64,000 nucleotides of DNA from Magallana gigas. Taxonomy: Eukaryota. The notes under the pieces were generated by a model. The model made no database searches and had not been told where the DNA came from. It saw only the letters and a program-made list of their open reading frames with translations. The position numbers and the translations under genes are program-made. The stretch lies in contig NC_088859.1 of the NCBI RefSeq assembly GCF_963853765.1, positions 3,782,001-3,846,000 of the forward strand, in the 5' to 3' direction. Shown here piece after piece: positions 12,025 to 25,787 of this stretch (within the stretch, counting starts at the first letter, position 1; every line of letters starts with the position of its first letter).

Positions 12025-14296
12025 CTACCGCGTTCTTGTTGAAAACAGGGCGTTCCTGATGTATGCCACCAAGTGTGAAGCTTGACTTGTGTATCCCGGG
12101 ACTGTATGTAGGTCCATCATCACTGGACCGTGAAGCAATCGACCAGGCTCTCTAATCAATAGCGCTGATCAATGGGGGAGATAGAAAACATAAAATATAC
12201 GAGGGGTTCCTATTGATTTCAACAATAAAGCGGCTCCATTACAATGATTATAGTATAGGTGACATTAACCGACCCATGGACAATTGCATGGTGCCGACGT
12301 AGACACGTGGGCCGTACATTTTCGATGTAAATGCAAAGTAATTCGTCTGAACTGGGTCGTTTTAATCACTCAGGGGTCAACAGCAGAATTTCCTGAGATG
12401 TAAAAACAGCAATTTTTGCATAAAATTACACCTTTATATTTTACACCTTCATAAGTTCTGCATGTGAGATGTGTAGTTTTGCTACCATTATTAGTTAAGG
12501 CATTACTGATTATTCGAAGCGATGCTTAAAATTATGATATGAGTAGGAGTCCTGATCTACATAAAGAGCACCTGCTATGTATGTGAAAACAACATTCAAT
12601 GCATAAAATCTATAAACACGCATTGTTGTAATGTCAAATGTAAAATGAATTTTTTGAATTGAAATAGAGTGTGTAGAGAGAATTACTCTCTACTTTCCAC
12701 GAAATTTTTAAGTCGACATTGCATGTCATATGAGCAGAATGTTAAAATACAAGACAGAAAAAAAAAATATATATATGATATAAAATAAAACATATTTATT
12801 TATTATGACCCTGTTGTCAGATGACATCTTTATTGAAATAATTTTTGTTCCCTGAAATGCAATAAATGAATTATAACTAAAATATGCATTAAAAAAGGTG
12901 ACAGTACTTCAGTAAAGCTATCGCTCCGGACAATAAATATGAACGACAACATTTGGGATGCCGAAGTCTCTATGTGTGTGCACAATGCTGCTCTATAACA
13001 AATCACTACTAAAAAGATTCCCGAAAGAAAATTTGCTCGTATGTTGTCAATATTAATCATTGGGTAAATAACTCAGGTAAAATCAAGGATGGGACAGTGC
13101 TTGGTAGCATGCCTTGTGGGTTTTGTTTATAAACACAATGTAAAGTCACCTAAAGAGGTATAACGCATTTAATATACGATTTCGCCTCCATTTCGCGTTT
13201 TCGCAAACATAAGGCATTTTCAATATTATATATCAATAAAACATTTATATGAAGTATATTCCAAGAAACGCAAATCACAATCACACAATTACCATGATAA
13301 AAAAAGTCTTAATTGTCTGACACGATATCATTAAAATCTTCAGGTTTTGTTAGGGGTTTATAGGAAAATAGTTAATATGCAATAAAAAGTTGGATATTTT
13401 TACTATTTGAACCATCTTAAATTAACCCGAAGAAATCTTACTATAAAATTATGTTCTTAAAGGTATGTAAATTATTTTTTGTTTAAGTGGTCTTCATACT
13501 GAAATTAGACAAACATTTCAATTAATAGTGACTTTTCTTATACAGTTTAGTTTGAACATATTTTATTGTATAGATAACATACAAAGGGTTCGAACAAAAG
13601 TTCTTGCAACTTATTAGGTTCTCACCCTAATACAAGTAATTTGCAATTTGCAATTATCATATATATATATATAATATCTTATACAGTCATAAATAATGTC
13701 CGATATATTATAAACAGGTCTCTTCGTTAACACTATACTCTATTTACACTAATACATTGCATATCGCTGGAAGTTATCACGATTCAGAATATCAAATACC
13801 AACTGACTTTATACACAGAGTTTTATTTATTCATTTGTCGATGCAGGTTTCCTGAATTTATGACAAATCAGTGATTACAGACACCATTATAAAATCAGTA
13901 CCCAGGGTTAGAAATCATATTGGGACAGGTATCTGTATCCATACTAAGTAACAGGCACTTTCCGTTCAAACACAGGTGTAGGCGAAAAATGGGAAAGAGC
14001 ATTAAATACACCTTTCTTATCGAACACTTTACTGCATCCCATATGCAAGAAACATGTAATAATGTGAACATTTAGTAGTGGATGGTTTGTTACGTTGCAT
14101 GGAAAACGTAGTACATATACCCCAATGGATCTATGTTAAATCGTTGTCATATTTTTGTAAATTCTATACTTATGATAACTCCTTTAATCGCTGTTATTTG
14201 TACGTTAAAGATACCAGCGCTGAAGAGAACAAAGATGGAGAGTAGAAGAATTTCTAGCTTTTTTATTTCTGTAAAGATGTTTATCAACTCGATCAT
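12025..14296 (-). CDS. Tentative two-exon 73-aa small secreted/membrane peptide (14296-14215, 12164-12025)
   Basis: Exon 1 encodes MIELINIFTEIKKLEILLLSIFVLFSA (signal-peptide-like) and ends at a phase-1 G/GTATCT donor. A phase-compatible CAG acceptor at 12165 opens a GC-richer exon. No homology recognised. Confidence 0.25.
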
Positions 14297-15074
14297 CCTC
14301 TCCTTGTGGTCTTACTCTACCTTTCTTGAGAGATTCCGGTGGGTCTGACCATACGCATGAAAATAAAGCCACTAAAAATCCCAAACTTTATATTTACTCT
14401 CAGTATAGGAGTGATGCGTGTAAATAATTAAATTCAACATTTTTACACCAATTCTTGAATACGCTTCTGTAACATTTAAATTGCATTCTTTTTTTAAATT
14501 GCAGATTAAAACTCAGCCCTATGTACAAACACATAAAAAAGGAATGGAAAAAAGTTACAATTCATACAAGTTCTCAAAACTTACATATGTACAAAAATTC
14601 TAACCAGTTGGTTTAAAACATATTTCTGATATTGTTATCAAAAAATGGCCCTTCCAATCGATGACACCTGACAATTCTTATCCAAATATACCCTCTATAA
14701 AAATATACTTAACTATCCCAATTGTACTAATGCGTGGCTAGAATGTATATGACTATATATAGTCTGTATCTATCATTTTAATTTTATGAAAAATATAGTT
14801 TATAACTAAGCATTGGAATTTGACGTGTATAAAGACATTTTCAAACGTAGATAACTTCAAGTACTAAAATGATACAAAAAAGAAATTTTTAACATCAATT
14901 GCTGTGTGTACAATGCAAAAAAAAAGTAATAACAATAAATTGTAGATTTATTTTTTTTATATCTTTTTACGTTTCTATTTGCCGGATATTTCTTAGCCGA
15001 TCGGATTTTTCATTTTATCGATAAATATACACAGCGCCACCTGCTGTAAACAAAATCTTCGCAACCCAGAAAAT

Positions 15075-18000
15075 ATGAACTGGGAGAACAAATTTTGTTC
15101 TATTCTTCGTGAAACCGAGTCAAACTTGTCAAAGGCTAGGGTATGTAAAGCATGTTGTTAAGATATTTTGGATGCATTTTGTGATTTGTTTCGTTTTCCT
15201 AACAATCGCCCTAAATCTCTTAACCCGAATCGCCTTCAATATTTCCATTGTTTATGTTGACGCCCCAGGCCATTATATTTATATTTTTTTTCCAGAGGAA
15301 GCTTTACACACCTGGACATGGACATCTAGATTTAACAAGTAGGGGTTGTAAGTATCCTTATTGTTATCAATAGGAAGAAACACGAAATATATTATGACTT
15401 TTTTCTTTTATATTTAGCCAGTACTCCATTTAGGCTATAGTGTTTTCAATAAGTTGACCTTCTGCATATGATCTGTCGCAGTTGCTAACGACATCTTGAA
15501 TTAAAAAAAGGTTTATTTCAAAGTCATATATAAAGATATTGTTAAGTAACTAATACCATAAATGATTGTGATTGTTTCCCAGTCAGCAGCTCTCTGCCAA
15601 TGAGGCGAGCTTCCTCTCTGCTGGACATGTCAGGCTATGTCCCCGTGATGACCAGTACCCCCCAGGTAGCCGCCCTGACCCAGTCATCTCTCACTCAGCC
15701 TCAGCTTGCCAACTCGCTCCAGGAGAAGATGGAACAACAAAACAAGGTCAGCACGAAACATTCAAGTGTACATCTATGATTAATTTTAAAGCTGAACATC
15801 GCTTGTTAATAGGCAATGTCACACAAGTACCTGGTATATAAACCTTTCGATTTCTTTTCACCCGATTGCACACCTGAAACTCGTGGCCGACATGTAGTAT
15901 TCCTTCGTGGTTTTTGTATTTTATGCATTTATCTTTTATTCTATGTGCATATTATGTTTGTAAATAATGCATTGACCAATTTATTTGATGTTAGTATTCT
16001 CCTGGCTTGAAAACATTGCGTAAAATTTGATAATTTCATTGCGACCTAGTAACACGGCGACGCTATATGTACATCAACACAGGTGAGGCCTCTAAAGCAA
16101 AGTACTTTGAAATGTTTAGCGGTCTTTGCCTTATATAGGTGTTGTAGGGATAACAGTGATGAAAGAGAAATATGGTGGACAGTGCCTATTTACTAGCGGT
16201 GTTCAGCTCTGAATCATACCCTTTGATCCGCTCACATAGATTGCTTACTGAAATGACGTAGCCTCTGCAATGGTTACTATCTGATATTTTCAATGTTTTC
16301 AGGGATGAATCACCCTTATAAAGATCCTTTGGAATAATAGCTCCCCCCTTTCAAATAAATAAAGGAGGGCACATTAAATTGCTAGTGAATATTTATATAC
16401 TTAAAAGGTTACTAGAGCAAGCAAAAAAAAAATTTGACTGTCTGTTGGCATTTATTCAGATCCTTGCTTAGCAATCTAAATGAGAACAGCAAAGGGTCTG
16501 ATTTTACTCTTTCATGTAAAATAATCCAAATATAAATTATCATTATTATACATCGTACATTATATATATATTTAATTCAGGTTGAAAGATATAACAACGT
16601 TTTATCGAGCACGTGGTTTGCTATTTATAGTTTGTTACTAAGGGTGGTTTACGCGTAGTAATACTGGTTAGACCAGTTATTAGGGCATGACTGGTATGCT
16701 TTGTGATTTTAAGTTATTCGAGCTCAAGACTTAGCGCTGTTTACACGCTTTGCACCCACCCGCCCACCCACTTATACATAATCATTCATGTATTGGGTTT
16801 GATTGCACAAAATATTAATAAAATGCATAATGCTATAATATTTCTGTTGCAGATAATGAGTTTTGTCCCAAGAATTCGACATATATTAACGCGGTATCTA
16901 TGTATTTTATTGAATAAATGCGCTAGTCTTGGAGCACTTACCCATAATCAGTGTTGTTATGATTGAATAAGGTTGTAAATATTTTATGTTCGTTTGAGAT
17001 AGTTTGAATTAGAACATAATGGTTCCAAGTAATAAGTCTACATAAATGCTGTGTATTTATTCTTTGAATTTGCCTTGTTTTCAGCTGATTGACCAGCTAA
17101 TGCAGATGGTAAACAAGCTTGAAACTGACAGGAATAACTACAGTGAACAGATGAGGGATGTCAGAGGTGTGTAATCTGGGACCTTTTTGTGTTAACATTT
17201 GCAATTTGCTGCAACATTTTTGAATGCTTAATGTTATAATCTTAAAGATGTTTCATCTCATAGCTAGTAAATGATACATATATGGTTTAAAATACCTACC
17301 AATAGAAAATGGTGGCTCCATATAAATGTTTTCCTAAACTGCTTTTTTATGTGTAAATAAATGCCAAGGAACTAAGGTTGCAAAATTATCATAAGGGTGG
17401 ATACATAATATACCAATATACCAGAAGTAATAAAGCCTGGCGTATTTTAGAACATTGTATAGTCAAAAAGCAGTTTGAGGAAGTTTTGTTGATAAATTGA
17501 CTGAAGCAATGCAGAAATAATCCTGTTTATAAAATGCATGAAATAGTGTATTGAACCTGTCTGGCTACTTGTTTGAGTAATCTATAAGCAATGGCAGTGA
17601 TTTTCATTATGTGTTTGTGTTGTAGATCAGTTGTATCACCTGAGGACACACAGTCCCAAACCCGATCGGGGAGGAGATGTGGAAAACAAAATTGACCGTC
17701 TTCGGCAGGACTTACAGAGCGAGATTAACAGTATACACCTCCAGCTCCAGAGAAACGCCATAGACAACACGGTCCACAGAGACATCAGGGACATGTAAGT
17801 CAGAGGGAGGGGTCAGAGGGAGGCTCCAGGGTTACATAGCTCGCCCGTTACTGGCCTTAATGTCCAATATGCAGTCACATTGTGGATGTATTTACAATAC
17901 CAAGAAATTAAAGATAATTTAACTTGTATGGAGTCGTATTACAGCATTTATCTTTATTTGGCAGGAAGAACAATATACAAGATGACTTAGACCTCATGAA

Positions 18001-21000
18001 AAGGGATATAGACATCCTGAAATCTAGAATGGGTAAGGTGATGGAAGATAGTGCACGGATCATTCAGATATCGAGTTGTATTTAAATGTAGTAAAAAATA
18101 GCTACTCTACTTGAAGTAAAAATGAGGTATACTTTACTGATGTATAAAACTTTGAGTAGGCATCCTTAAATATAGTTGACACAGGAAGAAAAAAATTGTA
18201 TACTCCTTTTTGTATTTCATTTCTAGGAAAAATAGAAAATGAAGTATCGTCTTTTGTTAAAAACCAGAGAGGAGTGCCTCAATATGAAAAGGTTGGAGAA
18301 TTTTTTTTACATAGATATAGATTCTCATTTGTTCATATACTGGTAGTTAAAATGTACTGTGGTTTCATTAATATTCAAGGGCATCAATTTTCGTGGATAA
18401 AGTGAAAATCACAGTTTCAAGGATACATAAATTCGTGGCCTATGATCCTATCAGTTCAAAATATTAATAGAAAATGCACTTCAATGAACATTTAATTTCG
18501 TGTATCAACTTATCAACGAAATCCATGAAAATTGGTATTCAACGAATATTGATGAAACCACAGTATCATATTTGTCATACACTATATCCTTTGATGATAT
18601 TCAATTTTAATATACAAATGTGTATATATGTAGGTGCTAAATCGGCCGTCTTCTCTGAATTCCACCACTGACACAATGAGTCGAGTGAGGGACCAGTACC
18701 AGATACAGGAACTAAGGTAAGAGGACACAGGCCCCATCACAGATCTCTTCTTAATGCATGAGTACATATGTACTCTAATACCTGACAGGCTCAACATCCA
18801 CTGTGACTGTGTCTGTAGGTCGATGTGTCCATGTGTCTGTAAGTGTAGTGTGTCAATGTGTCTGTAGGTCGAGTGTGTCCATGTGTCTGTAGGTCTGGTG
18901 TGTCCATGTGTCTGTAGGTCTAGTGTGTCCATGTGTCTGTAAGTCTAGTGTGTCCATGTGTTTGTAGGTCTAGTGTGTCCATGTGTCTGTAAGTCTAGTG
19001 TGTCCATGTGTTTGTAGGTCTAGTGTGTTCATGTGTCTGTAAGTCTAGTGTGTCCATGTGTTTGTATGTCTAGTGTGTTCATGTGTCTGTAAGTCTAGTG
19101 TGTCCATGTGTCTGTAGTTCTAGTGTGTCCATGTGTCTGTAAGTCTAGTGTGTCCATGTGTTTGTAGGTCTAGTGTGTCCATGTGTCTGTAAGTCTAGTG
19201 TGTCCATGTGTTTGTAGGCCTAGTGTGTCCATGTGTCTGTAAGTCTAGTATGTTCATGTGTTTGTAGGTCTAGTGTGTCCATGTGTCTGTAAGTCTAGTG
19301 TGTCCATGTGTCTGTAGGTCTAGTGTGTCTGTAAGTCTAGTGTGTTCATGTGTCTGTAGGTCTAGTGTGTTAATATCTACTGTGACTGTGTCCGTAGGTC
19401 GAGTGTGTCCACACTGAGGAATAAGCTAGATAACCTGGAGTACTCGCTGGGAAGTGGATCAGCCACGCCCAAACAGCGCTATACGTCAAACAGCGGCGTC
19501 AACACACCCCTGTACATCAATGCCAAGTCGTCACAGCTCTACGATAATGATTTCACAGGTTCTCTTTCGGATTGATGTCATTCATATTTTCTAAGCTTAA
19601 TCAACCAGTTTAATTTCTCCTGGTTTGATTTTGTCATTGCTACATAGTAAATCTAAGTATATGCTTGACCTCTGATTGACCCCTTGACTTGTAGGTTATA
19701 AATCGGAGAAATCGGTGAACAGTGTGATGGATCTAGACGACCTTGGCCTTTCTGATGACGATGAGAGCACAGACTTTGAAATGTTTAATCCACAAAGGGT
19801 CAAGATCAGCTCTACAGAAGTAGACTCAGGTTTGTATTTAGAACTCCTAGATCTATAACATGGGAGGATGTGGTGTTCTAAAGACAGAAATTTGTATTGG
19901 AATCTCAGTCAAAGGCAAGAGGAATGTATCCATTCCAGGATGAGTTTAGAGATCTTTAGCCATTGTGTGATCTGTATTCAGACAGGATATGGATCAAGAT
20001 ATCGTAAGCAAGACAATTTATGTAGAAGATACCGTACACCAACTTTTATTTGCGTGCGAAAATGTTTGGCGAGGTTAGCGAGAGCCTCGTCGTCACAAAT
20101 ATTTCACGCCACGCACCAGTTTTTGTCGTATGGTTGTTAAAACAGCATGGTTCTGGATAAGGCTCGTCGTGTTGACAACGTTAGGTGTCACAAACCAGTT
20201 TATCGACAGTTATTTGCGAAAATAAGTCCCCACAAATAAAAGTTGGTTTACAGTATATAAGCACATTGTATTGTGGATCAAGATACTTGTTTCTCAAACA
20301 CTGATAGGGGTGGTAGATCTATGTATGTATTCAGACAAGATTGAAGAGAAAATCTCTTGCAAGGGTATCTCAAGTAATAGTAATAGGTAGTATATCCATA
20401 TTTAGACATGATTGTGGATCCAGATATTCCGTATAGCAATATTACTATGTGCTACTGGTAGGAAGCAATGGTTGTTGGAGATAAAGAGATCCATAGATTT
20501 AAGTTTGAAATCAGCAGCACTAGGTTAGACACCTTGAAGAGATGGCCAACTGCCATTGATTTAATATTTCTGTTTTTAAGAGCCTGTTTTACAATTCTGT
20601 ACATTGGAAGTTGACTCCATTATTTTTTGTTCAATGACAGATGAGTGATGGTAAGTTCTGGAATGTGTCCGACATTCATTGGTTTGCAAGCTTCATTTTT
20701 GTTGATTTTGTTTGCCATTTTAGTTCTATTTTGTTGTTGCATTCTGTTTTATTTGAGACAAATTCAAGGAAGGGTATATTCCTTTCATTATTTGTTACTG
20801 ATTTAAAGTCATCAATGGTAGAGAGTGTTGTTTAGCAAATTTTACTACAAATAGAGAATGCATTATTCTGTAGTACGGGTAAGGATAATGTATGTGTAGC
20901 ATGCCATGAATACTTTATTACCATTAAATCCATAAAGAACTCAAGGAGGATTGTACACAAAACTAATGGTCATTTTTAATTCTCAGTCTGCTGAATTTAT

Positions 21001-21191
21001 ATTTGATAATTTGATAATATTATCATCACCTGTTTGCATTATTTAAGCCATTAATCATGTAAAATTGAATAATTCTTAATTAGCTGTCAAATATTACACA
21101 TTCATTCATATACATGTTGTTCTTGTTTTTAGATGAAGATCTGAACTTGTCTGACCTTGACCTAAGTGATGATGACCCTTTGGAAATCTGA
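15075..21191 (+). CDS. Uncharacterised 364-aa coiled-coil protein with acidic C-tail. Exons: 15075-15140, 15296-15338, 15583-15746, 17085-17166, 17626-17794, 17965-18032, 18227-18291, 18634-18716, 19398-19558, 19695-19829, 21133-21191
   Basis: Eleven GT-AG-bounded exons join in phase without stops (1095 nt): MNWENKFCSILRETESNLSKAR...RRASSLLD...EKMEQQNKLIDQLMQMVNKLETDR...KIDRLRQDLQSEIN...DDLDLMKRDIDILKSRM...LRNKLDNLE...DLDLSDDDPLEI*. Not visible in the ORF track because the exons are short. Confidence 0.85.
18357..18563. mobile_element. MITE with TA target-site duplication (Tc1/mariner-like)
   Basis: TA-CTGTGGTTTCATTAATATTC ... GAATATTGATGAAACCACAG-TA; 207 bp, in intron 7 of the coiled-coil gene. 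Confidence 0.8.
18795..19397 (+). repeat. 25-nt minisatellite (about 22 copies) with 50-nt higher-order dimer, derived from the exon-9 acceptor junction
   Basis: The unit GTGTCCATGTGTYTGTAGGTCTAGT alternates with GTGTCCATGTGTCTGTAAGTCTAGT. It is bracketed by near-identical copies of actgtgactgtgtcYgtag/gtcgaRtgtgtcc at 18800-18830 and 19380-19410. Confidence 0.95.
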
Positions 21192-22902
21192 CCCTTTCAC
21201 CGCTTACTGTACTTGTAGACATTTTCTTGCCTTGTGAATTCCTTCCCCAGCAATACTAGCTGCAATAATGTACCCCTCTCCAAATTTTAATAACTAAGGA
21301 TTAATCCCCCCCTCCCCCCCCAAATAAAAAAAAAAATCGGGAGAGGGCTACTTTATATCAGCTACAGCAATACATATCAACTATTAGTAGTGCCTCAATC
21401 TTGAATATCATTCAATAAATACTTGTATACCGGTACATGTATATGTATCAGTAAAGTTATTTTGTTTGTTCATAATGGTCAGAAAGGGTTTGACCACAAA
21501 AGGCTGATCAGTCCATTAATTTTCACTCCCACATTAGTATATGAGAAAATTGTATGGAAAATGAACAGGAGGGGAGCTTTTGGTCCAGTAGCTGCAGGTT
21601 TGTAAATTTGTATGGACGACTTGGGAGCTGCAGTTTCATGTTAAAAAGTTGCAATTTACAGCGCACAAACAATTGCGGTACTTTGGGACTGATTATTCGT
21701 ATTTCTAAAGAGGAATATTTCGGAATCAAATAGTTGTACAGAATGTGTAGGGAAATAAGATTAATCAGTCCCAAACTAGCACAATGAATGTGCACCATGA
21801 ATTTCAACTTTTTAATACCAACAGAACTGTAGCTCCCAGGTCGTCCATCCAAACTTTTTCAGACCGGGAGCTACAGACCTGCAACAATTGATGCAGATAC
21901 ATAATTTATGTATTACAATGTATAACTTTCTGCACCTATATGTAACTGAAGTCATGCTTCTGTCTGTTGATGTTGTATTTTCTGTAATTTTAATCCCTTG
22001 GGATGGTGGAATTTTGAAACTTGGTTCAATGAATGAGTTGACACCAGTCAAACTCGCAAGGGCCAGTTACATACTATTTAAAACTTCAATTATTTACAAA
22101 TAATCTACACAAATGTACAAAAGTTTGAGAATAGATGACTGTGCTTAGATTAGGCTTCATTAAGCCTGCTAAGTCAATGACTCTTCAGATCAAATTCAAC
22201 TTGCAGTAAATTTTGACATGTATACCGGTAATAAGGAAATTCAGTACCAGTATATGTACCGGTAATAAAAATTGATATGTTATTTTCTAAAGAAATTTTT
22301 CATATTTAAAAGGGAATGACAGAAATTGAGCTTACAGTGAAATGTGTATATATTGCAAATTGGGATACACTTGTCTAGGTGTTTTCCTGATTACGGTACT
22401 TCAGTACCCCTGAAAATCATTAAAGAGTTGAAATCCATACTAGTATGATTTACGATAAATTTTATTACTTATTTAAAATTCATCAAAGAAAGCAAAGCAA
22501 TAAAATCTTAATACTTATACACATATAAACTGGTAGATGAAAATTATCATCGCATAATAAAATACTGAAACAAAATAATAGTAAAATGTTCAAAGCAGTA
22601 ACAAAGCAATGATACTTGATTCCATACAACCATACTGCTTTAATTTGAATTTAAGAAAAAACAAGATATGGCATAAAATACGAACTGAGCTGTGAAAACA
22701 TTTGAGATTCTCTGAGAATGATGTGGGTCTGAATAACAACCAATGAATTCCTGCTGTGAATCTTTAACATGGGTCATACACTCCAGCTAAAAATGTTCCG
22801 CTAGAGACACAATAATGAGAATTGTCCACGGTTATTAATTTTTATTATCATGTGAATCAACGCTGCAGTGCCTAGGAACAGAGCCCACCAAGCACTTCAT
22901 TA

Positions 22903-23037
<135 letters not shown>

Positions 23038-25571
23038 TTATCTATTATAATAACAGGCACATAGCACCAGGAGGAGGCTTAAACCTTAGTAAATTAAAAA
23101 TCATTTTTAATGAAACTCAATATTTTATTGTAATAGAACTTTTAGGTGCTATGCACTCATCCCCATCCCACCACCACAAGAATACGGAATGGCTTTTTTT
23201 TATTTGCTTGTCAAGATTTTGGTAGTCAGCCCCCCACCTTCAAAAAAGAGGCTACATGCATAAACATTCTAAAATTTCATTTGCATTTCCAGCATTCAAC
23301 TCTTCATTAAAAATTAACACTCAACAAAAATCCATGTTAATTCTTTTATTGCAGTTTTTAAAATTGGCTAACTTAAATATTGCACAATTAATAATATTTG
23401 TGAGAAGAATCATCATAGTAGTTGTAAATCTTATCCTTCTGCTTGTACAGTGATCAACATTGGATTTCATTATCGATTCTCTCTCGCTCGCTCTCGCTCT
23501 CTCTCTCATTACAAGCACCTGAAGTAAGTTGCATTAAGTATAGCCTATCAGCAGAAAATCCCTTCCCTTTATATTAAAAAGACAATATATGGCATACATA
23601 TAATTATGTAAAAAAATGTTTCTATATACATGTAAATTGGGTTTGGTGTTTTTCTATTTTCAGTTTTATTTGGTGACTAGTTGATAACAATTCAGGTGCC
23701 TGTGATATAAACTAGACAGACAAAAACTAGCTAGATACTGCATAAAACGCCAACCATGGAACACACTTCAAACAAAGCATATAAAAGGGTAAAGCAACGT
23801 CCGTTTAATGCCATAAAAACTGATACAATTATTCTTCAAAAATGCACCTTTGTATATGTTCATAAATATATATATTCAACCGCAACTGTACTACAAAAAA
23901 AAGTTATGATTTGTACTAAAAATATTTCAAAGATAAAACAAAATATCCCCATTAAAATTAAAAGATATAAAACATATAATTAACTTACTACAAATGATAT
24001 TAAACAAACAAGTTTTAGTGCAAAAGTTTCAAAGAAGACGGTACAGTTCTTTTTTTTTCGAAATTCAAAAGATGTTGAAATCTCAGTAAAAGTACTGATA
24101 CACATACACCACACTGAACACGTGTGTACATAGTACCAAGTTATGCACTTTTATTCTGTTTGTAAAGGGAAAGTTGACTTCAACAATATGTCATATTTCT
24201 GTAGTAAACAATGATGAAAAATGTTACTTTCCCCATACTTTTTTTGGAGAGGAAAATGGGTCTGCAGCTGTCACCCTCAACAAAATAATTATATTTTATG
24301 ATAAAGATATAATTTGAATTTCATCATGGGTGTCAGCTGAGAACATAATTTTCAATTCAAAAACTACTACAAAAAAGACATGGTTGCTAAGTTAAAGAAA
24401 AATTACAGGGAATGCATTTTCTATGACGTCACATACTCTTCTGAATGTCTAATCAGGTAACTATTTATAGATATTTATTTTTTAGGTATTCTTGTGTAAA
24501 TAAATACTATATTTCCATTGCTTGTGACATTTGTAAAAATCCCTTTAAAACAGGGCAAAATATGACTGAAACTGTACCTAGTTGTTACTATCAAAAATAC
24601 AGAACAGAAAATGGAATGGCAAGTCAAAATACCATTACATAATTGACAAAACAAATAAAACCAAAGTTATAAACTGGTACCCTACTTTATTTAATTTGTT
24701 CACAGCTGTCAAAGATCACTGATGCAAAGTGATTTTTAAAACAAAGTGAAAGAACTTTGCCATTTGTGGCTACAGAGATTATACTTTTTCAAAAGTTTGG
24801 ATATGTGATATTTAGCAATCAGAGTAAGGGCGCATGTCTGTATACATGTTTATATTATTGCATGTACATTTACTGTGATGTATTCAAGCTCAGAGAAAAT
24901 TTCATAATAAAATACCCATCATTATTTGATTCTTAATCCCTGTCAAGTCATATCACTTGTTATCAGATTTTTTGTTTCCATTCCATTTTCTGTTCTGCTT
25001 TTTAACAACACTGATACAAAAGGTGCATTTGATATTTCATGATTAAGTAAACTAAGCTGTTAAAAACATCAACCTTGTTTAAATAACAGAAGTAGTGATA
25101 CATTAACAAACCATGCTGAATGTAAAGTAGTCAAATAATGATATGATTTAAATACTTTACTACGTTGTCAAAAAAAGACTGTGAAAGACTTCTATTAGCA
25201 TGCTCTACATCCTCGGGGTGAAACAAAGCAACAAGACAGGTTAGTTGAAGTGGTACATAATGCCATGTTAGTGATGTTACTGCAAGGTCACACCAGGGAT
25301 GGGGCCAGACACTACTGAATATCATTCCCCACACTACAAGTCATTTCCCTCTCCGATGTTAGTGTTGATATGGTATCCTGATCTAAGAAGTGAAACAAGA
25401 AGATAACACCTCAGTAAAGAAGTGAGAATCTTAACAGTTCTGTTACTATTTTTGAGGGAGATTTCCTCTTGGAATTTAGGTTTAACTGACATAGCTAGAC
25501 ATGTTTTGTAAATGTAACATACATGTAACAACTCCCTTTTTAGCATGTAATGTACACGTGCTTAATAGATA

Positions 25572-25787
25572 CCGTATGTCTGGGTTTTTTTCACGTGTCA
25601 CAAAATTTACAAAAATTGGGAAAATATGCAGCATTTTTAATTTGCATCAGTCCTTTTTTGCAATTTTTAAAGTGTCTTATAAAAAATAATACAGGATATA
25701 ATTTCTGCATTTTCAATATTTTGCGATTTCAAGAGGTTGTAAAAAAAAAGCGAAAATTAGATCATCGCAAAATTACCAGATATACGG
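25572..25787. mobile_element. MITE with TA target-site duplication
   Basis: TA-CCGTATGTCTGG ... CCAGATATACGG-TA; 216 bp, non-coding. Confidence 0.65.

Noticed and set aside
18582-18932. 116-aa minus-strand ORF with DTLDLQTHGH repeats
   Set aside because: Antisense read-through of the 25-nt minisatellite.
18795-19397. CRISPR-like appearance of regular short repeats (also 29709-29879 and 63055-63412)
   Set aside because: Head-to-tail units with no unique spacers, no cas genes, and a eukaryotic intronic context.
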